From Ginglymostoma cirratum (Eukaryota): DNA of 64,000 bases. The stretch is from positions 6,102,575 to 6,166,574 of the forward strand of contig JAHRHZ010000070.1 of NCBI GenBank assembly GCA_024137785.1, written 5' to 3'. Under the pieces are notes generated by a model. The model worked only from the letters and a program-made list of their open reading frames with translations. It had not been told where the DNA came from and did no database searches. Positions 51,532 through 63,449 of the stretch are shown one piece after another. The position numbers were made by a program, and so were the translations under genes. The stretch's first letter is position 1. Each line of letters begins with the position of its first letter.

Positions 51532-52342
51532 CCGCTTTATCTGTCCCACTACCATAAGGGGCCATTGGACCTGCACACTAAGGTACCCTGATCCTCAGTA
51601 CTTCTCAGAGTCCTACTGTTATCGTGTATTCCCTTGCCTTGTTTGTCCTGCCTAGGTGCATCGCCTTACTTAACTAGATTGAATTCCACTTGCCAACAAA
51701 CAATCCATCTGAACAGCCTGTCTATATCCTCCTGTAATTTAAGGGTGTTGTCACTAGTTAGCACCCCACTAATCTTCATGTAATCCACAAATTTACTGAT
51801 TAACCCTCCTACGTTCAAGTCTAAATCATTTCTTATGTATTATTTCCACGTGGTTTTATGTTTGTGATATTGATATTTACCTGATTTGATTTCAAAAACT
51901 GAAATCATTATATTTTGTGCCATTCTGGTAGTTGTAGTCTTAATAGATTTGAAAGTATATTTAGTTTTTAAATCAAATCTGTTGACTACTTGCAGTAATC
52001 TAGAACATGGGCACAGTCTCAGAACAAGGGATTGGATTAGCTAATCTTTCCGATGCAGATCTAACTGAAAAACAAACATAATTTGTAGATGAAGTCTGCA
52101 CTTTCCAGTGACAGATGTTCTCAATGGTCAGGTCATGAGAATGTTAAGCTGTTCTATTACAGCCGTATCACTAGTATGAGAAAGAATTGAGGAAATTAAG
52201 TATTATGGACTAGTGTCATTCAGTTTAATCCAATGCCATTTTGACCACTGCATCTGAAAGAAATTTTGGGGGTAGTATGTTGGTTGAGTTGAAAAACTCT
52301 TGTTAGAAGGCTGTCAGTTTAGCATAACCTTTGGATTGATAC

Positions 52343-52572
52343 TGAAATACCTCCAACAGAGGCTGGTATCCCATCACCAGGTCACCTTTTATTTACATGT
52401 GGAAAGTTCTCGACACTGATGCAGCTCCCTCAGAGCCAGCTCTGAGTGTCAGGATGTCTGACACTTCTGTTTTTACCTGACATCAGGGCTCCCTGATTGG
52501 GGTTGTTAATCTGATCCAGTCAGGGAACTCATTCTATGAGGCCCTCCGGCTGACCTTGTTACAGTCACTACA
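52343..52572 (-). mobile_element. Short solo LTR, 230 bp
   Basis: TG...CA termini with a perfect 5-bp TSD GATAC; TTTATT (minus-strand AATAAA) near 52390. Confidence 0.7.
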
Positions 52573-53347
52573 GATACTGCAGAGTGGCACTGCTTCATCA
52601 GAGATGCTATCCATGAGATGAAAAGCTAAAATTGAGGCTTTCTATACTTGTTCCTTGAATAACAATATTGTCCTAGCTGAGACAGAGTACATTGAGACTG
52701 TACTACTGCTCAGAAAATTAGAGGAGATCTTATTGAAAGAAACAATACTCTAACTGGATGTAACAGGTATACATTGGAAAGTTGTTTCCCCAGCTTGAGA
52801 ATCTAGGACAAGGCATAAAATCAGGAAAAGGAACTGATGATTTAGGACTGAGATGAAGAGAAATTCATTTAGTCAAAGATTTATAATTTTTGCATGCTCC
52901 ATTTTTAAAGGTGAAATAAATTATTGGGGAATCAAGAAGTGGATGGGGCAGGAAGGACAGTAGAGTTGAGGCCAAAGATCAATTATATTTGATTCTCATC
53001 TTCATAAATGGAAGATGTTAAACTTTCTAAATCACATTGCAAAGAACAGTGGAAAGTTTTGGTGGCCTACTTGTGATTTCTGTCTCAACCAGTCACTGAA
53101 AGCAGAGTGACCATTCATCTGCAACAGTTAATAGATTTAGACTAGTGATTCACATTCCAGGAGGCTCAATAAATTGATGTTTGGGACCCCAAAATTGCCC
53201 TGTATTGCAAAATTATTGTGTCTGCTTCTACATAAAATGTATAGAAGGCAAAAATTATCCTATGATGTGATGTTTGCAGTTCTCATCTATACTGTCATTT
53301 GAAGTATTATCTTTGTTAGATACCCCAAATTATTGAATACTGATTGT

Positions 53348-55670
53348 TAGAACATAGAACATTACAGCGCAGTACAGGCTATTCGGCCCTCGATGTTGCG
53401 CCAACCTGTGAAACCAATCTGAAGCTCATCTAATCTACACTATTCCATTATCATCCATATGTTTATCCCATGACCATTTAAATGCCCTTAAAGTTGGCGA
53501 GTCTACAACTGTTGCAGGCAGGGCATTCCACGCCCTTACTACTCTCTGAGTAAAGAATCTACCTCTGACATCTGTCCTATATCTATCACCCCTCAATTTA
53601 AAGCTATGTCCCCTTGTGCTAGCCGTCACCATCTGAGGAAAAAGGCTCTCACTGTCCACCCTATCTAATCCTCTGATCATCTTGTATGTCTCTATTAAGT
53701 CACCTCTTAACCTTCTTCTCTCTAATGAAAACAGCCTCTTGTCCCTCGGCCTTTCCTCATAAGACCCTCCCTCCATACCAGGCAACATCCTGGTAAATCT
53801 CCTCTGCACCCTTTCCAATGCTTCCACATCCTTCCTATAATATGGCGACCAGAACTGTACGCAATACTCCAAGTGCGGCCGCACCAGAGTTTTGTACAGC
53901 TGCAATGTGACCTCACGGCTCTGAAACCCAATCCCTCTACCAATAAAACCTAACACAATGTACACCTTCTTAACAACCCTAACAACCTGGGTGGTAACTG
54001 TCAGGGATCTATGCACATGGACACAGAGATCTCTCTGCTCATCCACACTACCAAGAATCTGACCATTAGCCCTGTACTCTGTATTCCTGTTACTCCTTCC
54101 AAAGTGAATCACCTCACACTTTTCCGCATTAAACTCCATTTGCCACCTCTCAGCCCAGCTCTGCAGCTTATCTATGTCCCTCTGTTACCTGCAACATCCT
54201 TCCGCACTATCCACAACTCCACCGACTTTAGTGTCATCCGCAAATTTACTAACCAGTCCTTCTACGCCCTCATCCAGGTTATTTATAAAAATGACAAACA
54301 GCAGTGGCCCCAAAACAGATCCTTGCGGTACACCACTAGTAACTGAACTCCAGGATGAATGTTTCCCATCAACCACCACCCTCTGTCTTTTTCCAGCTAG
54401 CCAATTTCTGATCCAAACTGCTAAATCACCCTCAATCCCATGCCTCCGAATTTTCTGCAATAGCCTACCATGGGGAACCTTATCAAATGCTTTACTGAAA
54501 TCCATATACACCACATCAACCGCTTTACCCTCATCCACCAGTTTGGTCACCTTCTCAAAGAACTCAATAAGGTTTGTGAGGCACGACCTACCCTTCACAA
54601 AACCGTGTTGACTATCCCTAATCAAATTATTCCTTTCTAGATGATTATAAATCCTATCTCTTATAATCCTTTCCAACACTTTACCCACAACCAAAGTAAG
54701 GCTCACTGGCCTATAATTACCAGGGTTGTCTCTACTCCCCTTCTTGAACAAGGGGACAACATTTGCCATACTCCAGTCTTCTGGCACTATTCCTGTAGAC
54801 AAGGACGACATAAAGATCAAAGCCAAAGGCTCTGCAATCTCCTCCCTAGCTTCCCAGAGAATCCTAGGATAAATCCCATCCAGCCCAGGGGACTTATCTA
54901 TTTTCACACTTTCCAGAATTGCTAACATCTGGCATGGGTAACAAACCAGAGATAACAACTCTGTTTGTTCTAGCTCTAAGCTTCCACCCTAGCTCCTTGT
55001 ATTTCTGCCTTACATCCCCATCCCTTTTCCTACCTATGTCATTGGTGCCTATGTGGACCATGACTTGGGGCTGCTCCCCCTCCCCCTTAAGGATCCCAAA
55101 AACACGATCCGAGACATCACGGATCTTGGCACCTGGGAGGCAACACACCAACTGTGAGTGTCTCTCGTTCCCACAGAATCTCCTATCTGTCCCCCTAACT
55201 ATGGAGTCCCCAATGACTAATGCTCTCCTCCTCTCCCCCCTTCCCTTCTGAGCAACAGGGACAGACTCTGTGCCAGAGACCTGTACCCCATGGCTTGGCC
55301 CTGGTAAGTCTCCCCCCCCGCCCCCCCCCCCCAACAGTATCCAGAACAGTATATTTGTTATTGAGGGGAACAGCCACAGGGGATCCCTGCACTGTCTGCC
55401 TGTTCCCTTTCTGCCCCCTGACTGTAACCCATCTACCTTTTTCCTGTACCTGAGGTGTGACTACCTCCCTGTAACTCCCCTCAATTACCCCTTCAGCTTC
55501 CCGAATGATCCGAAGTTCATTCAGCTCCAGCTTCAGTTCCCTAACGCGGTTTCCGAGGAGCTGGAGTTGGGTGCACTTCCTGCAGATGAAGTCATTGGGG
55601 ACACTAGTGGTGACCCTTACCTCCCACATTCTACAGGAGGAGCATGCAACTGCCCTAACATCCATTCTGA
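53348..55670 (-). mobile_element. Young CR1 LINE with internal deletion (ORF1 esterase joined to RT; endonuclease missing)
   Basis: ORF1 Cys-rich N-terminus (CSSCRMWE...CRKC) and SGNH esterase motifs (LVIGDSIVRG, CLPGA, VHIGTND). RT motifs [40 protein letters not shown]. 3' tail (GTTCTAT)n. Confidence 0.93.
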
Positions 55671-55769
55671 ATTCCCAGCAGACTATTTGAAAAAAAGTGC
55701 TATTAGTGACATTCTCCTAATTTTTGCTTTGATTACCTGATTTTTTTTTCAACATCTTAACCACTGAAC

Positions 55770-58760
55770 AGTCCCTCTCCTGGAGTTGTAATCCACAAAG
55801 TTTCTATCTCAGAGATGAGAAATAAATGAATATGACATTACAGCAATTTGGCAAACATGGTTTGCAGGGATCCCAAGACTGGAAACTCCCTATTCAAGTG
55901 TATTCAACAAAATTCAGTTTGAGGGAGAGCAACTCAGCCTTCAAATAAGGGCAATTACAGAATTATGAAGAAGGATTTAAAGTGGGCAGGCAAAAGAGAC
56001 AGAAGGGCAAGCCAGTGGATGAACAGCAGAAGACATTCAAGCACATATTTCATCTGGAAGATAGGCAAAAGTGTACAGAAAGTGGAACAGTTTTGTAAAT
56101 AAAGGAGAGCATCAGTGGTGCTGAGTAGTGATATCGATGCATTAGATTGTGATGTGGAATCAGTTCTGGTGGAAATGAGGAATAGCGAGGGCAAGAGGTC
56201 ATGGGTGGTAGTCCTGTATAACTCCCTGAAGAGTTAACCCGATGTAGAAATAATAGATATGTGTAAAAGGCATTACAATTGCCATGGGTGATTTTAATCT
56301 GCATATTGACTGGATAAAGCAGGTCGGCAGGGGTAACATGGAAGACTGATTGCATCGGGGATTGTTCCTCAGAGCAGTACATTGCAGAACCTATCCAGGA
56401 GTGGGCTGTTTTAGATCTAGTAAAAGGTAATCTATAATGTGGTAGATGTATAAGAGATCTAGTAGTTAAAGATCCTTTAGGGAAGGGTGATCACACGTGG
56501 TAGAATTTCAAATTCTGTTTGAAGGAGAGGAGCTCTGTTTTAAATCTCTGTCCTCGACTTGCATCTGTACTTGGTCTTATTTATATCCGACAAATGAATA
56601 AAATTATTCCCACCGTTCCTTGCCTCCCCTCACATATCTAGTTACATACAAAATGGCAGGAAAATAGCGTTGGGGAATATCGGATATGCCATGATCTCGT
56701 TGCATGGTGGAGCAGACTCGATGGGCTCAATGGCCTACTTCTGCTCTTATGTCTTATGAAGTAAGATATAGCAAAAGCTGACTGTGAAAGTGGATTGAAG
56801 AGCAAGTCATTTGGTGAGCAGTGATAGAAATTTTAACAGATATTTCATCATGCTCAGCAAAAGTACTGACAAAAAAGGACTGGATGAGAAGGATGTGGTT
56901 AACAAAGACCGGCTAACAGAGAAGAGTACTAAATCCAAAACAGTAAAGACTGATGGCACACCAGAGGATTGGGATTTTTCAAGGAACTAGCAGCAGGTGG
57001 CTGAAAAGCTTAGAAAAAGGGGAAGAAAATTGAGTTTGAAAGCAAATTGACAAGAAATATAACAAATAGCAAGAACCTAGATGGGTAAGTTTTTTTTATT
57101 AAAAAGAAGCTAAAGTGATTGTGGGACTCTTGGATGAAACTGGAATTAATAACGTGGGGCAGGGAAACAGCAGATAAACCAATACTTTGCATAAGCCTCA
57201 TGGTTGAAGACACTAAATATTTGAACAGCAAGATGCTACTAAGTGGAAAAATCTTGTCACAAGTTACAAACTATTTGACAATATAATGGAACTGAAGGCA
57301 GACTGATGGCTTGCCTCCAAAGATTTTGTCAGAAGTGGTTGCAGAGATAGTAGAGGCATTGTTCAAAATATTACAGAATTTTCTGCATTCAAGGTTTGGA
57401 AAATCAATACTGTGATGCCCTGTTCAAAAGGGAGGGGGATAGAAAGCAGGAAGCCATAGGCCAATTATCCTTAACACCTGTTAGTGGCTAAGAATCCGCT
57501 ATTCTGGAAAAAATAGTGGGAATGTTTAAAACACTTAAACCAATCAGAGTCAACAGAGCATAGTCCTGTTTGACAAATTTTCCAGAGTTTTTGGAGGATA
57601 TGGCAAATAGAGTTGACAAAGGGCAACAGGGTAGGTGGTGTATATTTGGATTTTCAGAAGATTTGATGAGGCGTCACATTAAAGATCGTTTATTGCACAA
57701 AAGTTTGCAGTTTTGAAGTTTACGTATTAGTATGCATTGAGGATTGGTGAACACCTAGAAGACTGAGGATCCGGAATAATGGATCTTTTTCTGATTGGAA
57801 AGATGTAGTTAGTGGAGTGTCACAAGGAACAGTCCTAGGGCCTCAATTATTGACCATCTATATTCACAGTTATGGAGGATGGGACAGAATCTAATGTATC
57901 AAAATTAACTGCTGACATAAAATAGATGGGAAGGCATGTTGTGCTGAGGGCAGTAAGAATCTGCAAGGGAATATAGATAGGTTGAATGGGCAAAAACTTG
58001 ACATATGACGTTTAATGTATGAAAGTTTTAAGTTCAAGCACTTTGTTAGGAAGAATCAAAGGCAGACTATTGTTTAACTTAAGAAACACTCCAACGAAAA
58101 GAGCAGCACTAGGGATCTGGGTCTTGTATATTAAACACAAAAGCTGGTGCAACAAGTAATTAAGGAGGCAAATGAAATTTTTGGGCTTTATTGCTAGGGG
58201 ATTGCAGGTTATAAATAGGGAAGTCTTGTTAGAACTGTACAGGGTTTTGGTAGAATTGCACCAAGGGTACTGTGTACAGTTTTCTTAAACACTGACTAAA
58301 ATATACACAAGTTCAAATGTGATTCACAAGGTTGATACATGGGCTGAAGGTTGACATTGAGAATGGCTAAATGGATTAGGCCTTTATTCGTTAGAGGTCA
58401 GATGGTGATCTTATTGAAATATACAAGATTCTGAGCTTGACAAGGTAGGCAGTGAGAAGATGATTTCAGTAGTGAGGGAGTCTCATACTAGGGGACATAG
58501 TTGCAGAATAAGGGGAAATCATTTAAAATAAATGCAAAAGAATCGCTTTTCCGGAGAGGCTAGGGAATGTCTGGAACTGTCTACCCAGAGAGTTGTAAAG
58601 TCTATATCACTGAAAGTATTTCAAGAAAATGTAGATTTTTTTTATGTAACGTTGAGGAATTGAGAGCTAAGAGGAGATGAGGCCTGAGGAATGCCTTACC
58701 TAATATGGGGACGGGCTTGAGAGGTCGAATGGCCAACTTCTGCTCCTATTTCTTAGGTTC
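55770..58760 (+). mobile_element. Old degraded CR1 LINE
   Basis: Recognisable decayed EN and RT segments (tatttggattttcagaag, agtggagtgtcacaaggaacagtcctagggcctcaa) and CR1 tail aatggccaacttctgctcctatttctta. Boundaries approximate. Confidence 0.75.
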
Positions 58761-59105
58761 GTTTGTATCCTTTATCAGTCATTTTGCTGAAGGACCTACA
58801 TTTCATGCGTTTCCAGCTACCTACTGAAGTTGCTGAATGTGAAAAAGGAATAGCTGAAGCTACTTAAAGGTGACCACAATGCCGTCTTTCATAATGTGGG
58901 TTGAGCTCTTTTCTCTAGAGCCTGGAGCCCGTGTCAGTTGTTTAGTCCGAAGTAATGCTTTCAAAAGCTAATTTTGATCTTGTTCACTTTGCTGCCAAGA
59001 CTCTGAAATGGCAATCTGGCTGAGTATAGAATGATTGGATGATTCTAATCTGACCTATTATTCTGAGGAACAAATCTGAGCAACTGATTGTCAAATGAAT
59101 CTCTT

Positions 59106-59335
59106 CATAGAATCCCTACAGTGTAGAAGCTGCCAATTCAGCCTATTGTGTCCACACTGACCCCCGAGTGTCCCAGTCAGACCCACCCTCTACCCTGTCC
59201 TTGTAACCCTGCATTTCCCATGGCTAACCCATCTAACCTACACATCCCTGGACATTATGGGCAATTCAGCACAACTAGTCCACCTAATTTGCACATCTTT
59301 GGACTGTGGGAGGAAACTCGAGCACCCAGAGGAGA
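59106..59335 (-). mobile_element. HE1-type SINE, 5'-truncated
   Basis: catagaatccctacagtgtagaagc...tttggactgtgggaggaaactcgagcacccagagga. Confidence 0.82.
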
Positions 59336-59399
59336 CTCTTACTAGAGGAGACTCTTACTAGAGGAGACTCTTACTAGAGGAGACTCTTACTAGAGGAGA
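59328..59399. repeat. Perfect 16-bp tandem repeat, 4.5 copies
   Basis: (AGAGGAGACTCTTACT)4 followed by AGAGGAGA. Confidence 0.95.
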
Positions 59400-60595
59400 T
59401 AGTAGTAACTGCCGATGCAGTTAACAAGGTGTAGAGCTGGACGAACACAGCAGGCCAGGCAGCATCAGAGGAGCAGGAAAGCTGCCAGTTTGGATCTGGA
59501 CCCTTCTTCAGAAATGGGGGAGGGGGAGGGGGACTCATAAATAGAGAGAGGGGGAGGTGATGATGGAAGGTGGATAAAGGAGCAGATAGGTGGAGAGAAG
59601 ACAGACAGGTTAAGGAGGCAGGGATGAGGCTAGTATGTAGGAAGTGGGGGTGGGGGTTGGTCAGTGAGGTGGAAGGAGCGGACAGGTGGGAGAAAAGACG
59701 GACAAGTCAAGTAGGTCGGGACGAGCTGGGCTGGTCTTGGGATGAGTTTGGTGGTGGGAAGATTTTGAAGCTTGTGAAGTCCACATTGAAACCATTGAGC
59801 TGCAGGGTTCCCAAGCGGAATGAGGTGCTGTTCCTCCAGCCTTCGGTGGCATCGGTGTGGCACTGGAGGAGGCCCAGGATGGACATGTCGTCCAAGGAGT
59901 GGGAAGGGGAGTTGAAGTGGTTCACAACTGGGAGGTGCAGTCATTTGTCACGAACCGAGCATAGGTGTTCCACAAAGCGGTCTCCAAGCCTCCGCTTGGT
60001 TTCTCCGATGTAGAGGAGGCCACATCGGGAAGAGTGGATACAATATACCACATTAGCAGATGTGCAGGTGAATATTTGTTTAATGTGGAAGGTTTTTTTG
60101 GGCCTGGGATGGTGGTGAGGGGTGAGGGGGGTGGTGTAAGGGCAGGTGTAGCACTTCCTGCGGTTGTAGGGAAAAGTGCCGGGGCAGGGGGGCTAGTGGG
60201 GAGTGTGGAGCGGACAAGGGAGTCACAGACAGGGTGGTCCCTCCGGAAGGCAGATAAGGGTGGGGAGGGGAAAATGTCCTTGGTAGTGGGGTTAAATTGC
60301 AGATGGCGGAAGTGGCGGAGGATGATGTGTTGAATCCGGAGGTTGGTGGGGTGATACGTGAGGATGAGGGGAATTCTGTCTTTGTTGTTATTACGGGGAG
60401 GGGGTGTGAGGGATGAGGTGCCGGAAACACGAGAGATGTGGTTGAGGGCACTTTCGACCACTGTGGAGCGGAAATTGCGGTCCTTGAAAAACTCATCCTG
60501 GGAGCAGATGCGTCGGAGGCGAAGGAATTGGGAATAGGGGATGGCATTTTTGCAGGAAGGTGTATTCTAGGAAGCTGTGGGAGTCGGTAGGCTTA
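59395..60595 (-). mobile_element. Penelope-like element (Neptune-type), 5'-truncated and frameshifted
   Basis: Minus-strand peptides RIPLILTYHP, Cys linker FPYNRRKCYTCPY, GIY-YIG FTCTSANVVYCIHSSRCGLLYIGETKRR and HFNSPSHS...LGTLQ. Its terminus matches the palindromic mini-elements; the hammerhead is degenerate. Confidence 0.88.
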
Positions 60596-61079
60596 GTTTG
60601 GTAGAAAACTTGTATGAATGAGACCTCCTTTTGAGTTTTTTTAAAAAAATCAATGAATCAAATCTTTGTTCATCTTGGGAAGTTTAGAGCCGGCACTTTT
60701 TATGTCTTGCAAGAAATGAATAAATAGTTTAATATGCACTCCTCCTGCCTCAATGAATCGATAGGCCTTTCATTTTAAAATGTAATTATGTCACGTGGTT
60801 TCTGCTGGGTTTGGCTAACTTTTATTGATGTGAATAAATTGAATTTTGAGAATCATAGACTCTTAAATTTATTCAATTTTTTTAAATAAATTGCAATTAA
60901 TGTGAAAGATTGTGTTTTGCATTCCCTTGGTAACCCTATAGCTGTATTTTCTTTAGTGAGTAGAAGCAGCATATAGATTTACTGCAACTTATCTTCCTTA
61001 TACCTGAATTTATTATGTGCAGCTCCTTCAATCTATCACATGTCCATCTCCCAACTTCCAATCTATGGTTATATTTCAG

Positions 61080-62275
61080 GCTATGAAAATATTATGTCTG
61101 TGAATCTGATAAAGCACAGTACCCTGCCTACTGTTTTGGGATGCACGTCACAGGATGGAATAGAACGGACTTGTGGAGACATGGTACATTTTATGGGACG
61201 TTGTTTATCAGCACCAATTACTGAGGAACACTCGAGTGATCTCACCCCCTCTACGGGAACTTTACACAGCAGTGACGAGGAAGGTAAAAGTGATGAGAAA
61301 ATGATCAAACTGGAAGACATGGAGAGTTCCATACCTATTCTTGCAGATTCAAAACTAGATTCTAATCTGGAATTAAGGAAGAATTGCTACCTGAACCTAC
61401 TTGACCAATCTGAGGATGAAGAGGAGTATCCTACCTACCACATTTCTACAGAAGCTGACCGTGAGCTCCGTAAAATAGGGCTTCCGGATTCTACTTGCAA
61501 CATGCAAGACTTCATTATCTTGAAAGATTTCACTCGGGGTGGTTTGGAAACTAATGCTCTACCTTTTGCAACTGATGACTTACGATCAGATGTTCATAGT
61601 GAGACTGGTGAGGACACGGATGTATTTAAAAAAGCACCATTTGTACCTAAGAATAATGATGAAGTTGGAAAAGACGAATCCCAGATTTTCATAAATGCGC
61701 CATTCAGAAGCAAAACACTGTCAACTGGCCCTGGCACATGCTCACAGTTTGTTCCTTCAGTGCAAACAGATATATTTGATTATCCTCCTTTTGAAGAAAT
61801 TCCTGCTAAAATTGAAAGCTCCTCTGTAGAAACATGCTTATTAAGTGCAAGTACAAATGCTGCAGAGGAACTTGTGCATTCACCTAGGGAAGGAATGATA
61901 TGCAAGACCAGTAATGTGGCACACAAAGGTGAACTACATGGGGAACAGCAAGAGTTGTTGCTGGGTGAACCTTTAGAAGCCACTAATCTTTTAAAGTTGC
62001 AAAAACCTGAATTGTTTTCACATGTCCATTCTGTATTAAATCCTTTTAGTCAAAATTGCTATTTTGAACATTTAGCCTGTGATAATGAAGGAAGTAGAAA
62101 TTACCAAAACCAGGCTTTGAGAGGTTTGGGACAGGTACATTCAGATGGGAAAGTTGATCTGGAGCAGCCTGCACATCCGGATTCTTCCCAAAATATGGAC
62201 AATGATGACCCATTTTCTGCTGCACCATTCCCAGGGAAGGCCTGTGCAAACACTGAAACAAGTGGCTCAAAGTAG
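61080..62275 (+). CDS. AAK1: Alternative large terminal exon of the AAK1-like gene (~398 aa acidic, BMP2K-C-terminus-like tail)
   Basis: Longest ORF in the window and not repeat-like. atttcag|GC phase-1 acceptor is compatible with upstream phase-1 donors. Repeated DVFKKAPF/IFINAPF/DIFDYPPF/DDPFSAAPF motifs, plus HSSDEE and LLDQSEDEEE. Confidence 0.8.
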
Positions 62276-62457
62276 GCTGTATGAATTAGTACCCTTCAGA
62301 TTTTTTTTTTTTTTTTTTTTTGTAAGCTTGCATTGAATGTGGAAAACAAATTTGGGGAGATTTTTGAACAGACTTTATGAAGAGCATGAATTAAAACCTG
62401 ACTATCACTGTACAGGTTTATATGTATAGAATATATATTTCTTTACTATTTAATTCC

Positions 62458-62463
62458 AATAAA
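62458..62463 (+). promoter_or_regulatory. Candidate polyadenylation signal for the long isoform
   Basis: AATAAA about 180 nt after the TAG at 62275, in an AT-rich 3' UTR. Confidence 0.5.
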
Positions 62464-63449
62464 TCTTTGCAATAGGAATGGAGAAATACCAGAATTGCTG
62501 ATTTCATGGCCAGGAAGACTATTCAACCCATTTTGTTGATGCTAACTTTCTGGAAAAGCTAGTGACTGGGGCACATTCCTCTGTGTTTTCTCCCATATGC
62601 TCAATTTACGAACTTATTTACTTCCCTCGTGCAAGTTCTTTCACATTCCATTTTAAGCATACTTGCAGGTAGGGCATTTCATAAAAAAAATTACTCTCTC
62701 CCTTTGTTCTTTTAATAGTGATCTTCAATATTTTTCCACCACATCTCCAACTTTTTAAAATTTAATTTACTGATAATTGATCACTTGCTTCCACCTCTAA
62801 CATTAACTGTCTCTGCCAATATTTTAGCCATTCTGCCAAAACCTTCACACATGCCTAAAGCAGTGCTCTGTTAGCCGGCCTTTCATCCAGTGTTCTGCAA
62901 AAAACTTTAGCTAATCTGTAACTCTGCCACCAGTACTCTATGCTATGCAGCTATCATCACTGTCCTAGTTGACTCTGGTCTCCTCATGCCTTAAACATCA
63001 GAATTTTCCTCTTTAAATCCATTCATCACCTAAATGCCCATCAAGCTTGCCATTCTTTGAAGTCTAGCCTTTTCCCCAAACCACTGAACTACTCACAAAA
63101 ACCTACTACTTGGCTGAGCTTCTCATCTTCACCTTTTGGCTTATTTATTGGTGACACATCTGTGGGGCACATTAGATCATTTGTTTTCCCCCCTTCTGAA
63201 GGTGCAATGTAGAGAGGATAAAAAAGAACATGCCTGTCTATTATGGGACAATTATACCTGGTAACACCACACCTGTGACAACTTCTAATACCAAAGGTTT
63301 AATATTTTAGACTGGAGCCTAGACTGGTTCCCCGACTTGCCTCGGCATTCTAGGATGCGTGCTATTAGGGTCAAATGCTCTTTCTATTGAATTACACTCT
63401 TAATTTTATAGCCAGTAACCTTATCCAAGTCCTTTCTACTTACTTGACA

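Larger units (their letters stand above)
49575..51835 (-). mobile_element. Older CR1 3' fragment interrupted by two insertions
   Basis: Starts catagaaaaaggcccttcagcccatcg (reverse-complement CR1 tail) and resumes after 50760 and after 51531. Confidence 0.65.

Noticed and set aside
59328-59399. Short direct repeats as a possible CRISPR array
   Set aside because: Units are contiguous with no spacers, there are no cas genes, and the context is a vertebrate intron.
61040-61079. ATG at 61040 as the start of an independent 411-aa gene
   Set aside because: It lies in the pyrimidine-rich region upstream of a phase-1 acceptor at 61079/61080. The ORF is better explained as a terminal exon.
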